DNA of 63,879 nucleotides, counting the filler, from Octopus bimaculoides (lineage: Eukaryota), in the NCBI RefSeq assembly GCF_001194135.2. It is 4 parts of 3 records of this genome, joined end to end, with 100 filler letters (N's around TTAATTAATTAA, not from the genome) between each part and the next. Parts side by side here need not be neighbours in the genome. Positions count along the whole stretch, not along the records: positions 1 to 29,992 come from NC_068997.1; positions 30,093 to 46,636 come from NC_068983.1; 2 more parts are not named here. One strand, given 5' to 3'. This document shows, piece after piece, positions 24,599 through 37,541 of this stretch. Each line of letters starts with the position of its first letter. Position 1 is the first letter of the stretch. Below the pieces are notes generated by a model. That model made no database searches, was not told where the DNA came from, and saw nothing but the letters and a program-made list of their open reading frames with translations. A program made the position numbers and the translations under genes.

Positions 24599-25235
24599 NN
24601 NNNNNNNNNNNNNNNNNNNNNNNNNNNNNNNNNNNNNNNNNNNNNNNNNNNNNNNNNNNNNNNNNNNNNNNNNNNNNNNNNNNNNNNNNNNNNNNNNNNN
24701 NNNNNNNNNNNNNNNNNNNNNNNNNNNNNNNNNNNNNNNNNNNNNNNNNNNNNNNNNNNNNNNNNNNNNNNNNNNNNNNNNNNNNNNNNNNNNNNNNNNN
24801 NNNNNNNNNNNNNNNNNNNNNNNNNNNNNNNNNNNNNNNNNNNNNNNNNNNNNNNNNNNNNNNNNNNNNNNNNNNNNNNNNNNNNNNNNNNNNNNNNNNN
24901 NNNNNNNNNNNNNNNNNNNNNNNNNNNNNNNNNNNNNNNNNNNNNNNNNNNNNNNNNNNNNNNNNNNNNNNNNNNNNNNNNNNNNNNNNNNNNNNNNNNN
25001 NNNNNNNNNNNNNNNNNNNNNNNNNNNNNNNNNNNNNNNNNNNNNNNNNNNNNNNNNNNNNNNNNNNNNNNNNNNNNNNNNNNNNNNNNNNNNNNNNNNN
25101 NNNNNNNNNNNNNNNNNNNNNNNNNNNNNNNNNNNNCTCTCTCTGTATACACACGCACACACACACACACACACACGACAGGCGGCTTCTTTCAGTTTCC
25201 GTCTACCGAATCCACTCACAAGGCCTTGGTCGGGC

Positions 25236-26523
25236 CGCATCCAGGCGGACAAGAACGGGAAGAGGTGTTGGGCATGGTGGTCAGTCTCACCCAGAAATGG
25301 GCAGAGAAGCTATCCTTGAAAGCACGGCTGAAGGTGGCGAATACGTACATCACTTCCGTCATATACTATCGCCCGACCGTCATCTCTTGCCCTGTTTAAT
25401 GACTGATCAAGCTAGAGCACTTGCTCTTCCGTTGTTTTCTGTGGAAGGGTCGTGTTCCGCTCGTCAGAGGGCCCATCTGCTGTCAGCAGCCGCTGAGTGG
25501 AGGACTCGACATGCTTTGGTTAATGATACACAGACATGCGCTAAGGCTGCAATATCTCCAACGTTTCCTTGATGGTGAGCATGTGTTCGCCGTTTGTCAC
25601 ATAGGACTTTCTGCAGCCCTGGACCAAGCCTAGATAGAGCGCTTGACACTTAGAGTGTCAGCAAGTGCTCACAACCCTCTGCCAATTGAAAAATGCAGTC
25701 GGTAGAAGTTCCACATTGGAGTTCTACAGGGGATTAGTGGTGGGCAAGAGAGAAAACATCCTCTGGGAAACTCTGGGCCTCGAGTGAGATCAATTAGCTT
25801 GTCTTTTTCGGGGCATTGTTACCAGGAAGCTCTTCCGGTTCGTGACAATTTCTACAAGGATGGAATGCTATCAGACGGACCTGTCTGAGTTGTGCGCTGG
25901 GCGACGAAACCATTCTGTATGAACTCGTCCAGTGTCCGAGTATTGCTGACTTATTTAACTTTGTCGAACAACTATTGATGTGTGTAGGACGGATCCGCTT
26001 ATCAGCCGAGTCCACCGTGAAGATTATCCCGCTGATTTCTTTTGGCCGGGAAGGGAAGACAGTTTTCCTCCGTCTGGTGGCGAAAGAGGTAGTGGATGAG
26101 GTAGGACAGAAGACAGATACTTTCCTCTTTGGCCAAGCTCATATCGAGTTTTTCAGGTTCCACTTGAAAAGGGAAGTGAGGGTAGAGAGGGAAGTGCTTC
26201 CCTCCACCAGTATTTTTGCTGAATGCAACGTGGATGAACCGGCTGAATAGGCCTACTGTCAACATACACTTGGAAAGCGGAGGCGATTGAGAATGAGAAA
26301 GACATCTGCTGAGGTGCCCTTAGCGATCTGGGTAACCAGGATGAATAGTGTTTCTCGGTTGTCCCTGAGTGAAACTCTCAGCTTTTGGGGAATTTTGTTG
26401 AATTTTTGTTATTAATTCTTCTTTTATTTTATACACGATATTTCATGTTAAGCCCCACTTGCCCTTTGCCTTGTATTATCCTTTTTCCGTTTTTATGTTC
26501 GACCCTTGTGGCCAATAAAAAAG
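25236..26523 (+). mobile_element. 5'-truncated Tx1-like (L1-clade) LINE, post-RT region to 3' end
   Basis: LKVANTYITSVIYYR..FLWKGRVPLVRGPICCQQPLSGGLDM; zinc knuckle relic TCLSCALGDETILYELVQCP; U-rich 3' UTR ending ccaataaaaaaga. The 5' junction abuts a minus-strand S1 fragment (25140-25235). Confidence 0.85.
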
Positions 26524-26539
26524 ATTATTAGTAGTAGTG

Positions 26540-26790
26540 GTAAGGCGGCGAGCTGGCAGAACCGTTAACACGCCGGGCAAAATGCTTAGCGGCATTTCCT
26601 CCCGCTTAATGTTCTGAGCTCAAATGCCACTGGGGTCGACTTTGCTTTTCATCCTTTCGTGGTTGACTTTGCTTTTCATCCTTTCGGGGTCAATAAAATA
26701 AGTACCAGTTGGGCACTAGGGCGATGTAATCGATTAGTACCCTCCCCCCAAATTTCAGGCCTTGTGCCTATGCTAGAAAGGATCATTATT
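26540..26790 (+). mobile_element. tRNA-derived SINE with conserved central domain (V/Meta-type motif from memory)
   Basis: Head gagctggcagaaccgttaacacgccgg; gtcgactttgcttttcatcctttcggggtcaataaaataagtacc with a ~28-bp internal tandem duplication; TAT tail. Confidence 0.75.
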
Positions 26791-26870
26791 ATTATCGCTG
26801 TTATTGATAATGCTATTGTCATCATTACTATTGTTTCTAATTACTGTCTTTTGTAATATTATTATTATCA

Positions 26871-27183
26871 TTCAGTAGTTTTATTTTTATAGCGTGCTTT
26901 CACTTCACTACCGAGCGCAGCTCTGTGCGCCTTGGGTATGTGCTGTGGTTTGCTGTGATGCTCTTGTGGTTACTGTATTGAAATTGTTTTGCGTAGGATG
27001 TGTGCAATGCCCAGTAGTGCAATTTTCTGTATGTTATATATATTTGTAAGTCCTGGTGCTTTTGTTATGTATTTGTCTGAATATTTTTTTATCATACCGA
27101 ATGTGCCTACTATGATAAGAATTATTTCTGTTATTAAATTCCACATTCGAGTTACCTCTATTTCCAGGTCTTTGTATTTTGAT
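26871..27183 (-). mobile_element. 5'-truncated R4/Dong-like RLE element (family B), TAA-flanked
   Basis: Minus strand: KYKDLEIEVTRMWNLITEIILIIVGTLGMIKK..YNIQKIALLGIAHILRK. Its 3' UTR matches 30124-30230; TAA repeats on both sides. Confidence 0.82.
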
Positions 27184-27191
27184 ATTATTAT

Positions 27192-27235
27192 TGAGTGAGA
27201 GAGCAGTGCATGCCATCAAAGTGACACTAGGGTAA
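27192..27235 (-). mobile_element. 44-bp 3' tip of retroposon family A between two TAA runs
   Basis: Reverse complement matches ttaccccagtgtcactttga.ggcatgc.ctgctctctcactcaata at 30641-30686. Confidence 0.8.

Positions 27236-27237
<2 letters not shown>

Positions 27238-27318
<81 letters not shown>
27238..27318. repeat. (TAT)n microsatellite
   Basis: Direct reading. Confidence 0.98.
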
Positions 27319-27319
<1 letters not shown>

Positions 27320-28397
27320 TTGTTATTTTGATTTCTCTGAATATATACAGATAATATATGATAGCTGACTTTGGTAAGCATTCAAAGTGATACTGTCCCT
27401 CATTGTTTCAACCATGTTTAATTCTATACAAGTTTTGTGAAATTTAGCATACGTAATTATTTATATGAAATGTGATTGAAACCGAATTTTACTGAAGGAA
27501 TTGTAACCAATGTTGAATTTATGCTACACTGATATCGTCATCTTCATCTTTGTCCTCTCTGCACACACACGCACGCGCACACACACGCACGCACACACAC
27601 ACACACACACACACCCCTGCATACTTGTATATAAATACATATATAGAAAGACTGATAAATATCTTTACGGATGCGTGAGAGGAAATGTGTATGTGTACAC
27701 TTGCTTGGTGTGTGTGTGTGTGCGTGTGCACGCGTGTGTGTATTTATGCCTGTGTTTATAATTGCGCTAATCTGAACACCGGTATTGTTATAACACATTA
27801 AATCTCATGGCTTAATGGGTGGACACCTACAAATTCTTAAATAAGAACTTGACTAAAATATGAACTGAAGCTGATATGACCGACTAAAGCCTTGAAATCA
27901 TTCTGCTTTGCATGTATAGGTTTGATCCCAGCTTCATATAATGACTGACTGGACAAAAAAATGCAGGAATAAAGACATACATATTTACATTCTTATTCTC
28001 TGTTACTATTCGGTTTTTCACAATTATCGTTCATGATGTTTAAGGCACAATATTATGCCAAATAGAATAAGTGTACGGAGTGAATTAAATGGAAAATTTG
28101 TGTAAATAAGTGAAAAGAAATATGATACGGTATCACACGTGCGCGCACGCACATACATCACACACGTACATGTATATATATGTCCGTATCAATATCCGTA
28201 TACAGTTGTGTGCGCGTGTGTGATGGAGAAAATATGTCAGACTCTGTATGTAAACACGGTGTGTATTTTGCGTGTGTGAGTGTGCGTATGTGTGTATGTG
28301 TGCGCGCGCGAGTTCTCTCTAAAGTTCTTCAGTACAATCGTATCAATTACATTCATGTATTTATTTATTTGCACTCACATATACACGTACACATACG

Positions 28398-28430
<33 letters not shown>

Positions 28431-29210
28431 TCAGAAACACAGGTATATATACGCATGTGTTCATGTATGTATTTATACATTTCTTGACTATTTCTTTCTT
28501 TTCAGCTCTTCTACTATTTTATTTATCTATTTGTTCACTTTTTCCTATTCACGTCTCGTTTACATCTTTTCATATTTCTGCCTTTTCGCGTTGCTTTCAC
28601 CCCCACCCCATCTGTCAGCGATCATTCCTTCTTACCAGTCATCATTCGTTATATGGTCACAAGGCATTAATAATAAATGTTATTTTAGCTGCCATTTCAA
28701 TGTTATTTTGATAACAAACTTGAAATTGCTTCTGTGAAAAAACAGCGGCTTCGTTTGGCCAAGCGAAGCTCTCTTTATCATATTTTTTTCTTCTCCTCCT
28801 GTATTGCTTTACCTCGATAATGTCGTTTTGGTCGGATGCCAAAAGACCTCTACCATTTCTCTACCTATTAACGGAATACGGCAATTGGATAATATATTAT
28901 CATGCATGGCTGGCCCAAAGTTTGAATTTAACACGCTTTGGCTCATGTCCTGAAGATTCCCATTGCACATGTATACACACACACACACACACACACAAGC
29001 ACACACGCACAAAGATACAAACACACTCGTACATACACACACACGCGCGCAAATATTCAGATGTGCTAATATGTATGTACCTCTGAGCGTATTTGCGTGT
29101 ATGATCCTTTAAGTACATATATACATATACAAATATGCATACACACGCACCGCTGTTTATATATACATACATGCATATATATGTGTGTGCGTGTGTGTGT
29201 GCGAGTGTGA

Positions 29211-29283
<73 letters not shown>

Positions 29284-29462
29284 AAGAGGAGGAATATAAT
29301 ATCCAGGCAGATACCGAATTTCTCTGTTAAATGCCAAGGCTGGTTCCTTCAGATGGTGCGTCTTTTGGTAAACTTCCTTTAGCTCCCATCCAATGTTGCA
29401 GTTTATTTCTTGGCTACTTAGAGTGTAAAGTACAATATTGATAATAGGGAGAATGAAGACTT

Positions 29463-29668
29463 TATTTCCAGTTAGTTTATTCATAATAATTGTCCGATAC
29501 GTGTTTCGATCGCATTAACTGCATATTGTTGCACATTTATATGCAGCGATTAATGCATTATTAGTACGATCTCTTCAGGGTATATAAATATGAAATTGTT
29601 CGAAATTGTTCTGTTATCAGTTTGAATTAGACTACATAGTAGTAGTATGAATAAACTAACTGGAAATA
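29463..29668 (-). ncRNA. Candidate type I minimal hammerhead ribozyme (core 29494-29580) inside a 23-bp perfect inverted repeat; probable Penelope-like terminal repeat
   Basis: Minus strand: CC-CUGAAGA-GAUCG..CGAUC-GAAA-CACGUA-UC-GG; stem II is extended by cauuaa/uuaaug and cugcauau/auaugcag. Flanking IR at 29463-29485 and 29646-29668. Confidence 0.6.
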
Positions 29669-29717
29669 CACGAAGTTTGAATGTTCAAATTTTTAATTCT
29701 CCTTATTATTATCAATG

Positions 29718-29992
29718 TGTGGAGGCGCAATGGCCCAGTGGTTAGGGCAGTGGACTCGCGGTCATAGGATCGCGGTTTCGATTCCCGGACCGGGCATTGT
29801 GAGTGTTTATTGAGCGAAAACACCTAAAGCTCCACAAGGCTCCGGCAGGGGATGGTGGTGAACTCTGCTGTACTCTTTCACCACAACATTCTCTCACTCT
29901 TTCTTCCTGTTTCTGTTGTACCCGTATTTCAAAGGGCCAGCCTTGTCACACTGTGTCACGCTGAATATCCCCAAGAACTACCTTAAGGGTAC
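29718..29992 (+). mobile_element. tRNA-derived SINE, truncated by the linker gap
   Basis: A box TGGCCCAGTGG (29731), B box GTTTCGATTCC (29775), followed by non-tRNA body. Confidence 0.88.
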
Positions 29993-30092
29993 NNNNNNNN
30001 NNNNNNNNNNNNNNNNNNNNNNNNNNNNNNNNNNNNTTAATTAATTAANNNNNNNNNNNNNNNNNNNNNNNNNNNNNNNNNNNNNNNNNNNN
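29993..30092. other. Artificial scaffold linker (44 N + TTAATTAATTAA + 44 N)
   Basis: Exactly 100 bp; the same construct occurs three times; the insert has stops in all six frames. Confidence 0.95.
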
Positions 30093-30094
30093 AA

Positions 30095-30123
<29 letters not shown>

Positions 30124-30126
<3 letters not shown>

Positions 30127-30230
30127 AGTAAACATAAGAGCACTACAGCAAACCACAGCACATACCCAAGGCGCACAGAGCTGCGCTCGGTAGTGAAGTG
30201 AAAGCACGTTATAAAAATAAAACTACTGAA
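30124..30230 (+). mobile_element. 3' UTR of RLE family B, TAA-flanked
   Basis: acagcaaaccacagcacatacccaaggcgcacagagctgcgctcggtagtgaagtgaaagcac matches the reverse complement of ~26871-26960. Confidence 0.85.
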
Positions 30231-30245
30231 CAATAATAATGATAT

Positions 30246-30694
30246 GCCCTGATCCAATACATGGCACTGTCTTTCATGGCTTCTGGTCTTAACTGATTGG
30301 AAGTGTTATTAGGTACATTGTTTGTCATTGTATAAAAGAGTGGCTACAGCAAATATTCTGCTTATTACCACAGATTTGCTTGTCATTTGTTTGACCTTAA
30401 CCAGTTGTGCATATTCCTAAGTGGCTGACGATATGTCCATCTCTGATCTCGAGCAGAAGGAGTAGGAGAGCGTCATAGCTGCCTGTTGAAAAGAAATCTT
30501 TGGGGTTTGAATAATTCATCTCTGGAAACATGGGTATTTTGTTCAACATCCTTAAACAACACTTATTCAAGGACCATTTCAGCGGGACGGGCTACTCGAC
30601 CTGATGGAAATTCTAACTAGAGAGGTACGTTTCGTACATTTTACCCCAGTGTCACTTTGAGGGCATGCGCTGCTCTCTCACTCAATAAAAATAA
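30246..30694 (+). mobile_element. Retroposon family A, 3' ~450 bp ending in (TAA)n
   Basis: The 3' tip is shared with 27192-27235; followed by (AAT)n at 30705-30785. Confidence 0.7.
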
Positions 30695-30704
30695 NNNNNN
30701 NNNN

Positions 30705-30773
<69 letters not shown>

Positions 30774-31322
30774 TTAATAATAATAATGGCAGCAATAACG
30801 ATAATAACAGTAGTAGCAGCAACATCATTGTAAGAACAATACAAAACAAACGAACCCATTGAACGTCATAATTGGTGATATATTCATTAAATTCAGAGTA
30901 CATAGATATACATTTGAGAATAAAGGTTACACATAGGTGAAGGAATAGATGAAAAGTTTCCTGAAATGATAATAAAAATAAAAATAAAAAATAACGAGTT
31001 TACGAGAGGTTTATTGAGATGTGGCAGATAATGACAAATATTCGTAAAATATTTAATACAAATATATAAAGATTTATATTCATAATTACAAAATTTACAG
31101 TAGATATTTCTAAGTTGTAATTTACAGGAAAGGTATAACGTTAATATACGAAAGATAGGTCATGATGATGTTATCTTTGAAGAGAAATCGAAATCGAAAG
31201 AAAATGTATGAATAAATGAGTGTACGTGTAGGTATGTACGTAGTAAGTACGTATTAAAGTGCTTGTAAGAACGTGTATATGTACGTACATAGATAGTGTG
31301 AATGAATGTGTGTGAATATATA

Positions 31323-31355
<33 letters not shown>

Positions 31356-31480
31356 TATATNNNNNNNNNNATAGATATAGATATATACACACACATACAT
31401 ACCTATACAAACATGATACATATGCATGCAAGAATATCTAAACACAAGTCTGGGCCAGTGTGTATACCTCCGTTTCAGTT

Positions 31481-31511
<31 letters not shown>

Positions 31512-31944
31512 GCGTTTGTATATATGTGTTCGTGTATGTGTATGCATGTGTGTGTGAATACGAATGCGTGGGTCTGTAAAATTTAAGTTGCGCGATGTAA
31601 AAAAAAAATAGTGTCTGTTTTATATATTTGTTGGAAGCTATTAATAAACGAAGTATCAGATATGCCGAATTTAATCCAACTAAAATTTGTATATTGCACA
31701 TTCTTCATACAAAATCTTCGTTATCAAATAATGTAGAATATTTCAGAAAACTATACTCTGCATGTAAAGATATAAAAGACCAAAATTCAACGAAACTATA
31801 CATCCCCAAAATCTTGGAAATTAGTATTGTGAGTTTAGTTATGAATTTCTAAAAAATATATCCACATTTCACTGAACATCACTTACAATTGCCACTCGGG
31901 GTTTATTTCCGTCAATCGTTAGGCAATGAGGATTCTTGTGTGCA

Positions 31945-32160
31945 TGTGATGTCGCGTGGCTTAGTGGTTAGGGTGTTCGACTGCTGGACTGGATGGCGGG
32001 TTCTGTTCATGAGCAGACCACTTCATTTTACATTCCTGTAATGATATGCGGGGCCCAGCATGTCAAAGAATAGACTTAACGCTTCTTATGCGTGCGGTAA
32101 AATTTGATTAAATTTGGGGAGATAGGATTTGCCGTCCGACCGCATAAAACACTCATGCAT
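31945..32160 (+). mobile_element. Decayed tRNA-derived SINE
   Basis: A-box-like gtggcttagtggttagggtgttcg; decayed body. Confidence 0.5.
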
Positions 32161-32304
32161 CAGCAGCGACTACCCCAAACAAACCGACAGGTTGGCCAGA
32201 GGTCGCCTGAGTGATGTGAAGGTTTCATCCGCCACGAGTAGCGAATCACCCACAAATGGTTGATGCTGCGAAGGTCTATTACAGCACAAAACTCCGTACT
32301 ACTA

Positions 32305-32340
32305 ATACTACTGCTCCTGCCCCTGCTGCTGCTGCCGCCG

Positions 32341-32418
<78 letters not shown>

Positions 32419-32420
32419 TT
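32305..32420. repeat. (CTA/CTG)n microsatellite
   Basis: Direct reading. Confidence 0.95.
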
Positions 32421-33249
32421 CATTCTAATCATTAGTTTTTATCATCTGAAGACAAACCCATGATAATGGCTATGTTTAGCTTATTTTAACTTATGTTTAG
32501 CTTATTTTAACACAAGTATATTTTAAATGCGTGTGTATCCTTGTGCATATATTCCAAATGTGTACCTGTTTGTGTACACAGGCAGCTGACCATCAAAGAT
32601 ATGGAATCTGGAGTGTTGCTGAGGGCTGCATTAAAACACAGCGTGTAATCATGACAGCTGAGTAGAATTGAGAAACGTGAAATGATATGCGTTACTTGAA
32701 AGCAACACCAAGAATCGAATCGACGCTTTTCTGATTCTAAGCTGAACACTCTAACCAGCAGTTAGGCACCATCATTTGAATCTAAAACAGTTGAGATTCT
32801 ATATGAAAGAAAGAAAAAAAACAAAGTAGTTAAGTTAACCAAAAACCGTCAGACATGAAAGGCAGTCCATCGCTTTGTTGCAACTATATGTCTTAAGGCG
32901 ATATTTACTATAACATAACCTTAGTGAAAGAAAATGCTGCCTGAGAAACCCCAATGAAATTAATAAATGCACCAGTCGAGATAGACACACATCAAAGTAC
33001 CTGAAGAACAAGTCATACGTTGGCCGTCAAAAGTTATATTCATTCAGCAACTTCTCAACTCAGGCATTATATAACTATTCTCCAAATTTTACTGCGCCTT
33101 TATTATTTTTACCATCGATAAATTACTTGCTTTTTCTATATCAATAGAAACCCCTGTTGGTTTGCTTAAATATACACAAAATATGAACAAATACATATCA
33201 ATTTTCATATTCAGAGATGCATGACTACCAGTCAAACGAATGTTAACTT

Positions 33250-33265
33250 AGGTAGTAGCAATAAC

Positions 33266-33315
<50 letters not shown>

Positions 33316-33322
33316 AAGTAGT
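33250..33322. repeat. (AGT)n microsatellite
   Basis: Direct reading. Confidence 0.95.
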
Positions 33323-34419
33323 AAGAGAACATGGTCAAGTATTAAGAGAATAGCTAGAGAAAAACAGAACGGAATGTATGTAGTAAACATTTGCTGTATA
33401 AAAGTGTCATTAATATCGGAAAAACATTTAAAACTGACCCAAAGAAAATAAGCAGATACGCAGATATAGAGGAACACACTTGAAATATCCGGAGTAACCA
33501 AACTTTTACGCATCTTTAGAAATCGATTAATGACAAAGGAATTATATACAAACCATGTTATGTATCTTAAAGTATAAGTGTCTGTACGAGTGTATAAATA
33601 TTTTTGACTGCTGATGGTATCTACGTAGATATTAATGTATACTTATATGTTTTAGGAGTGTAATAAACTATACATAATACACTTCAGCCGTATGCCACCT
33701 CAACAGACCCTCTGTAAGCCCGTTAAATAGAAGCAAATAATTTATATAAGAAATAAAAAAAGAACTTTAAAAATGGAATACAAACCTTTTGGAAGCAATT
33801 TTTCAAATTGTGTTAAGCTGTTTTTGTTGTTTGCAGCTATTCAACAACACTTATTATTAGATAATTTAGTTAGCTCTTTCTAAAATTCATGTTGACTATT
33901 TTCGGGTTAATTTTCGGATTTAGGATTCATACAACGCCTTAATCGTCTTTCCTCCTCATAGTTTATCACAGTTGTTCATTGTCTTCCTTTATTTTGCACT
34001 GTGTTTCTAAGAGATGGATTTATTTTTCATATTTAAAATAACACGATACTTTGATCCTGTTTGACCGATATATTTTCCATTGCAATGCACGCGTCTGATA
34101 CCTGTGATCTTCAGAAAGTGGTATTTTGGAAGTCTAACGGGAAGCGCTTATTACGAAACGAAAACATTCTTCCAAAAGGTATGTGGCGTTCTATTTTTAA
34201 GATTACATTTATATAATTAACGATTTCAAATTTAAGGAAATAATTCCGTGAAATCCTATGAATGCTTCAACAAACTGTTCAGAAATACATACGCATGTGT
34301 GTGTACATTACACACACATACACATACACACATATTTATATAAATATATGTATATACATATATATATATATTATATATTTATATATATATATTTATATAT
34401 ATATATTTATATATATATT

Positions 34420-34470
<51 letters not shown>

Positions 34471-36407
34471 GTACATATATANNNNNNNNNNTATATATAT
34501 ATATATGCATATATATATAATCACACATATAAATATACATATACGTATAGGTCTGTGTATTTCCAAATATGTATGTGTGTGTGTGTCTGTGTGTATGTAC
34601 ATATATTTTTATATGTAAGCGTTTACACACTTACAAGATGATTTCCAAGTTATTATAATTCATTGGAAAATTATTAGTAACTGATATCCTTTCGGGACAA
34701 ATACCTGTCTACCTACATCTGTTACACAGATTATCAGTGATTGTAATATTGTTATTATTATTATTTTCTTCATATCTGATTAGTTTTATAAACACTATGC
34801 AACTTCGAAACCTGTAGTGTCTTTGTTATTGTCACTCGTGCACTGTGTATATATACGTTGTAGTGTTTTACTCATAAGGTACCGCCGTGTATCAACCTAA
34901 GATTACAAACCGGATAAAATCTCTTCTAAATTTTCTCTACTATTCAAAAATGTCACTTCAACGATGTCATAGCATTAACTTACATTGCATCATTTTTGCA
35001 TTGAAAAACAAAACGACCAGTGAACATTTTCTATGAATTGCTTTGTGAAAGTCGGTTGAGGGAACTTATTCCATTACACGTATGAGGTTCTCCGTTATTA
35101 TACGGAAGATATTAAGAAACCGTTTGCATAATTCAAAATTTCGTTGAAGTTTCTTCGTCAAAATAGTGAAGAAATCCCAATATGACACGAATTTAGAAAC
35201 GTTACACTATAGAAAGCTATAAGTAGCAAAGATTAATACTTGAATTCGTCTTAGATGGGAGAATAAATTCTTTCAGGTGAAGTTGACATTTTTGTACAAG
35301 GACACCCGATCAGCTCTGACTAACAACTTTGATAAAATATATACTATTCATGAGTCACACCCCATTTACTCATACCTTTTATATCTAAGATACTATGTTA
35401 ATCTATCTTCTTTTTTGAATCGGTATGAGATAACAAAGAAAATGTATTTACTATTCAGTTTGAACGAGAAGCAACCCAGTCAAATGGATATTGTTTCTTC
35501 CTAATACCGTTTCTTAATCAAAGGAAACGGTATTTGAAAGAAACTATCACTGGTAATTTTCTACTCTAGATAGAAATCTATATTCTATAAATGAATGTTA
35601 AACACACACACACACATACACACACACACGCACACCTTTTATTGATCATATTATATTAATGACATTGATATATTTTACAGAAGTAATTCTGTTTCAGACC
35701 ATAATAGCCATTCTATTATAGTTATTATTCTATCATTATTTTCCCCATATTATTTTTTTATATATATTTTTTTGCAAATTTTATTTAGATATCCGTATCT
35801 TAGTCACAGGAAAGGAGATAATGCTCAAGAAGAAAATATGCTGCAATCCCTTCGAAGTCACTAAAATTATACTCAATGAAGCCATAAAAACAATGTATGC
35901 TAGGCCTGTACCATACATAGATACATAACAAAATATCAGAACATTTTGCAAACCATCCATTACGAAACTCGTTTAGTGAATGTCAAAATGTTATCGTTTT
36001 AGAAAAATAGATATTTCGACATGTTTTCTGAGTTAGTCTATCACAAATCTACTTTCAATACTCTATAGATATTTTTGTGAAATATCATTATTTCGTGACA
36101 ATATCAAATGTTTCCAATATTTCTCTAATTATACAAACATCAAGGTGTTTGAAAATCTGGGACTTCTGCTTGTGAGAATATGAGCAATTTTTGAAACTCT
36201 GTAAATAGTGTTACAGCATTTCGAAGAAATATATTTTTTCTATTGTTATCAGTTAGGAAATTGGTATCAGATGTAGTAGATAGGAATTCTATCCCTAAAG
36301 GATAGCACACAAAGAGATTCGTGAATACGTACATATAAGTAAATAAAACATACATAAATATATACATATATATTTATAAACATGTGTTGTGTGTGCGTAT
36401 ACATACA

Positions 36408-36488
<81 letters not shown>

Positions 36489-37396
36489 TTGAAAATGAGA
36501 AATAAAAGCATATGGAAATATATGTGAGTCAAATATGCGATAGGTGACAAAACTAAGAGAAAGTATGAAAAACAAGAATAGAAACATATTTGTCACGCGT
36601 TCTAAATGAGTAGTTTGCAATGGAATATTGAAAAATGTTCACCAAGCGCGTTAAACATATGATCCAAATTTTGAGTACTGAAATGCTGAAAGAGTCACAT
36701 ACGATTCACGAATTAATTTTAAAATTCGTTTCGTTACATTTGTTACAATATTTCTAATACAGAAACAAACGGAACTTTTAATTACGTTCTATTTAAAGTA
36801 TTGCCAAATATAGAACCCGGTTACTGGAATTTTTATTCCGGTAAATATATAACAGACATCATCCGAAAACACACAGGTACACATCACTGACACATTATCT
36901 CTTTCTGTTCCATTCTGACATGTACACACACACACGTACACACACACACGCTCGTACACTAAAACAAAATCACGTCAATAGTCTTACCAAATCCACTCTG
37001 TCATTTGATGGGCTCGGAGCTATAATTAAAGACAGGAAGGTGCAACAAAGGAGGACTGAACCTAGAACCCCGAGGTTGTGAACCAGAAGCAAATTACTCA
37101 TTGGAAAACCATGTATACTTGTTGTTTATAGAATATTACTCTGACTTATCCATTAAAAATCACACTCAATGAGCAATCTTTCTAACAAGACCTCTCTTCT
37201 TCATTTTAGGAAATACAAATTTACTTTAAACTATATACATACCTAATAGAATTAATTTGTGTAGTACAAGCTCCTCACCTGAGGAGGTTCTGCAGTAATC
37301 TGCAATAGTTGTGACATTTACAATTCCTGTAAGTTAATTATGCTTATTGGGTTTGAAATTACTTTCTTATATATGTATCTTTAGGCCTGCGTATGC

Positions 37397-37450
<54 letters not shown>

Positions 37451-37506
37451 NNNNNNNNNNNNNNNNNNNNNNNNNNNNNNNNNNNNNNNNNNNNNNNNNN
37501 NNNNNN

Positions 37507-37541
<35 letters not shown>

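Noticed and set aside
28810-28950. Candidate minus-strand exon ending ATCGAG|gtaaag
   Set aside because: The peptide is unrecognised, the acceptor is weak and no partner exon was found.
29718-29800. tRNA gene-like A/B boxes (also 47780-47842, 52130-52200)
   Set aside because: No complete cloverleaf; each continues into a multi-copy SINE body.
35503-35534. 11-bp hairpin aataccgtttc/gaaacggtatt
   Set aside because: Short AT-rich inverted repeats of this size are expected by chance or from small repeat relics.
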